A model generated the notes under the pieces. That model searched no databases, was not told where the DNA came from, and saw only the letters and a list, made by a program, of their open reading frames with translations. From Nitrosomonas sp. (GTDB lineage: Bacteria > Pseudomonadota > Gammaproteobacteria > Burkholderiales > Nitrosomonadaceae): DNA of 64,000 bases. Position numbers and translations under genes: made by a program. The DNA is taken from contig CP091135.1 in assembly GCA_021582655.1 (NCBI GenBank), positions 293,078 through 357,077 on the forward strand, written 5' to 3'. Every line of letters starts with the position of its first letter. Position 1 is the stretch's first letter. Below, in pieces: positions 63,860 through 64,000 of this stretch.

Positions 63860-64000
63860 TCATAGCGATAAAACCCGGCTTGGATTACCGCGAATTGAAC
63901 GGTAATGACGGCTTGTTTCCTTGATCCGTTTGGCAGTTGCTTCCTGATTCAATGAAAATAGATTACTGAGGATAATTCCACTTCCAAGCATGACGCGAAG
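63860..64000 (-). CDS. C-terminal end of a gene cut by the window edge
   Basis: Open frame from the edge: LRVMLGSGIILSNLF..SRVLSL*. Confidence 0.3.
   Translation of the reverse strand, partial: LRVMLGSGIILSNLFSLNQEATAKRIKETSRHYRSIRGNPSRVLSL

Overview
Chromosomal window from a betaproteobacterium, most likely a Nitrosomonas-type ammonia oxidiser (inferred from gene content and order, not from a database search). The first ~10.4 kb is an AT-richer, decayed mobile-element zone ending at the 3' end of tRNA-Thr(CGT). It holds IS21 and IS3 end remnants, a filamentous-phage (inovirus)-like remnant with a dif-like Xer site, and a red-type (form IC) RubisCO operon cbbL-cbbS-cbbX-orf with a truncated cbbR, lying between the N- and C-terminal pieces of a broken phage integrase. 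Next come tRNA-Ala and tRNA-Glu, a four-gene ArsM/radical-SAM/two-glycosyltransferase cluster (organoarsenical/arsenosugar type) and c-di-GMP enzymes. The middle is mostly housekeeping on the minus strand (recQ, xth, dinG-family helicase, sucCD, ihfB, rpsA, cmk, aroA, asd, leuBDC, zapAB with 6S RNA, zipA, smc), with glnA and queF on the plus strand. Near the right end is a divergent locus, two unknown genes plus a phosphoribosyltransferase versus archease-RtcB-HPF, with an FNR/FixK-type box between the arms; it resembles a compact hypoxia/dormancy RNA-repair and ribosome-hibernation module and is my best candidate for an undescribed system. Two related IS5-type MITEs are present. No CRISPR array or rRNA gene was seen. 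All family calls come from motif recognition by eye and need HMM/BLAST confirmation.
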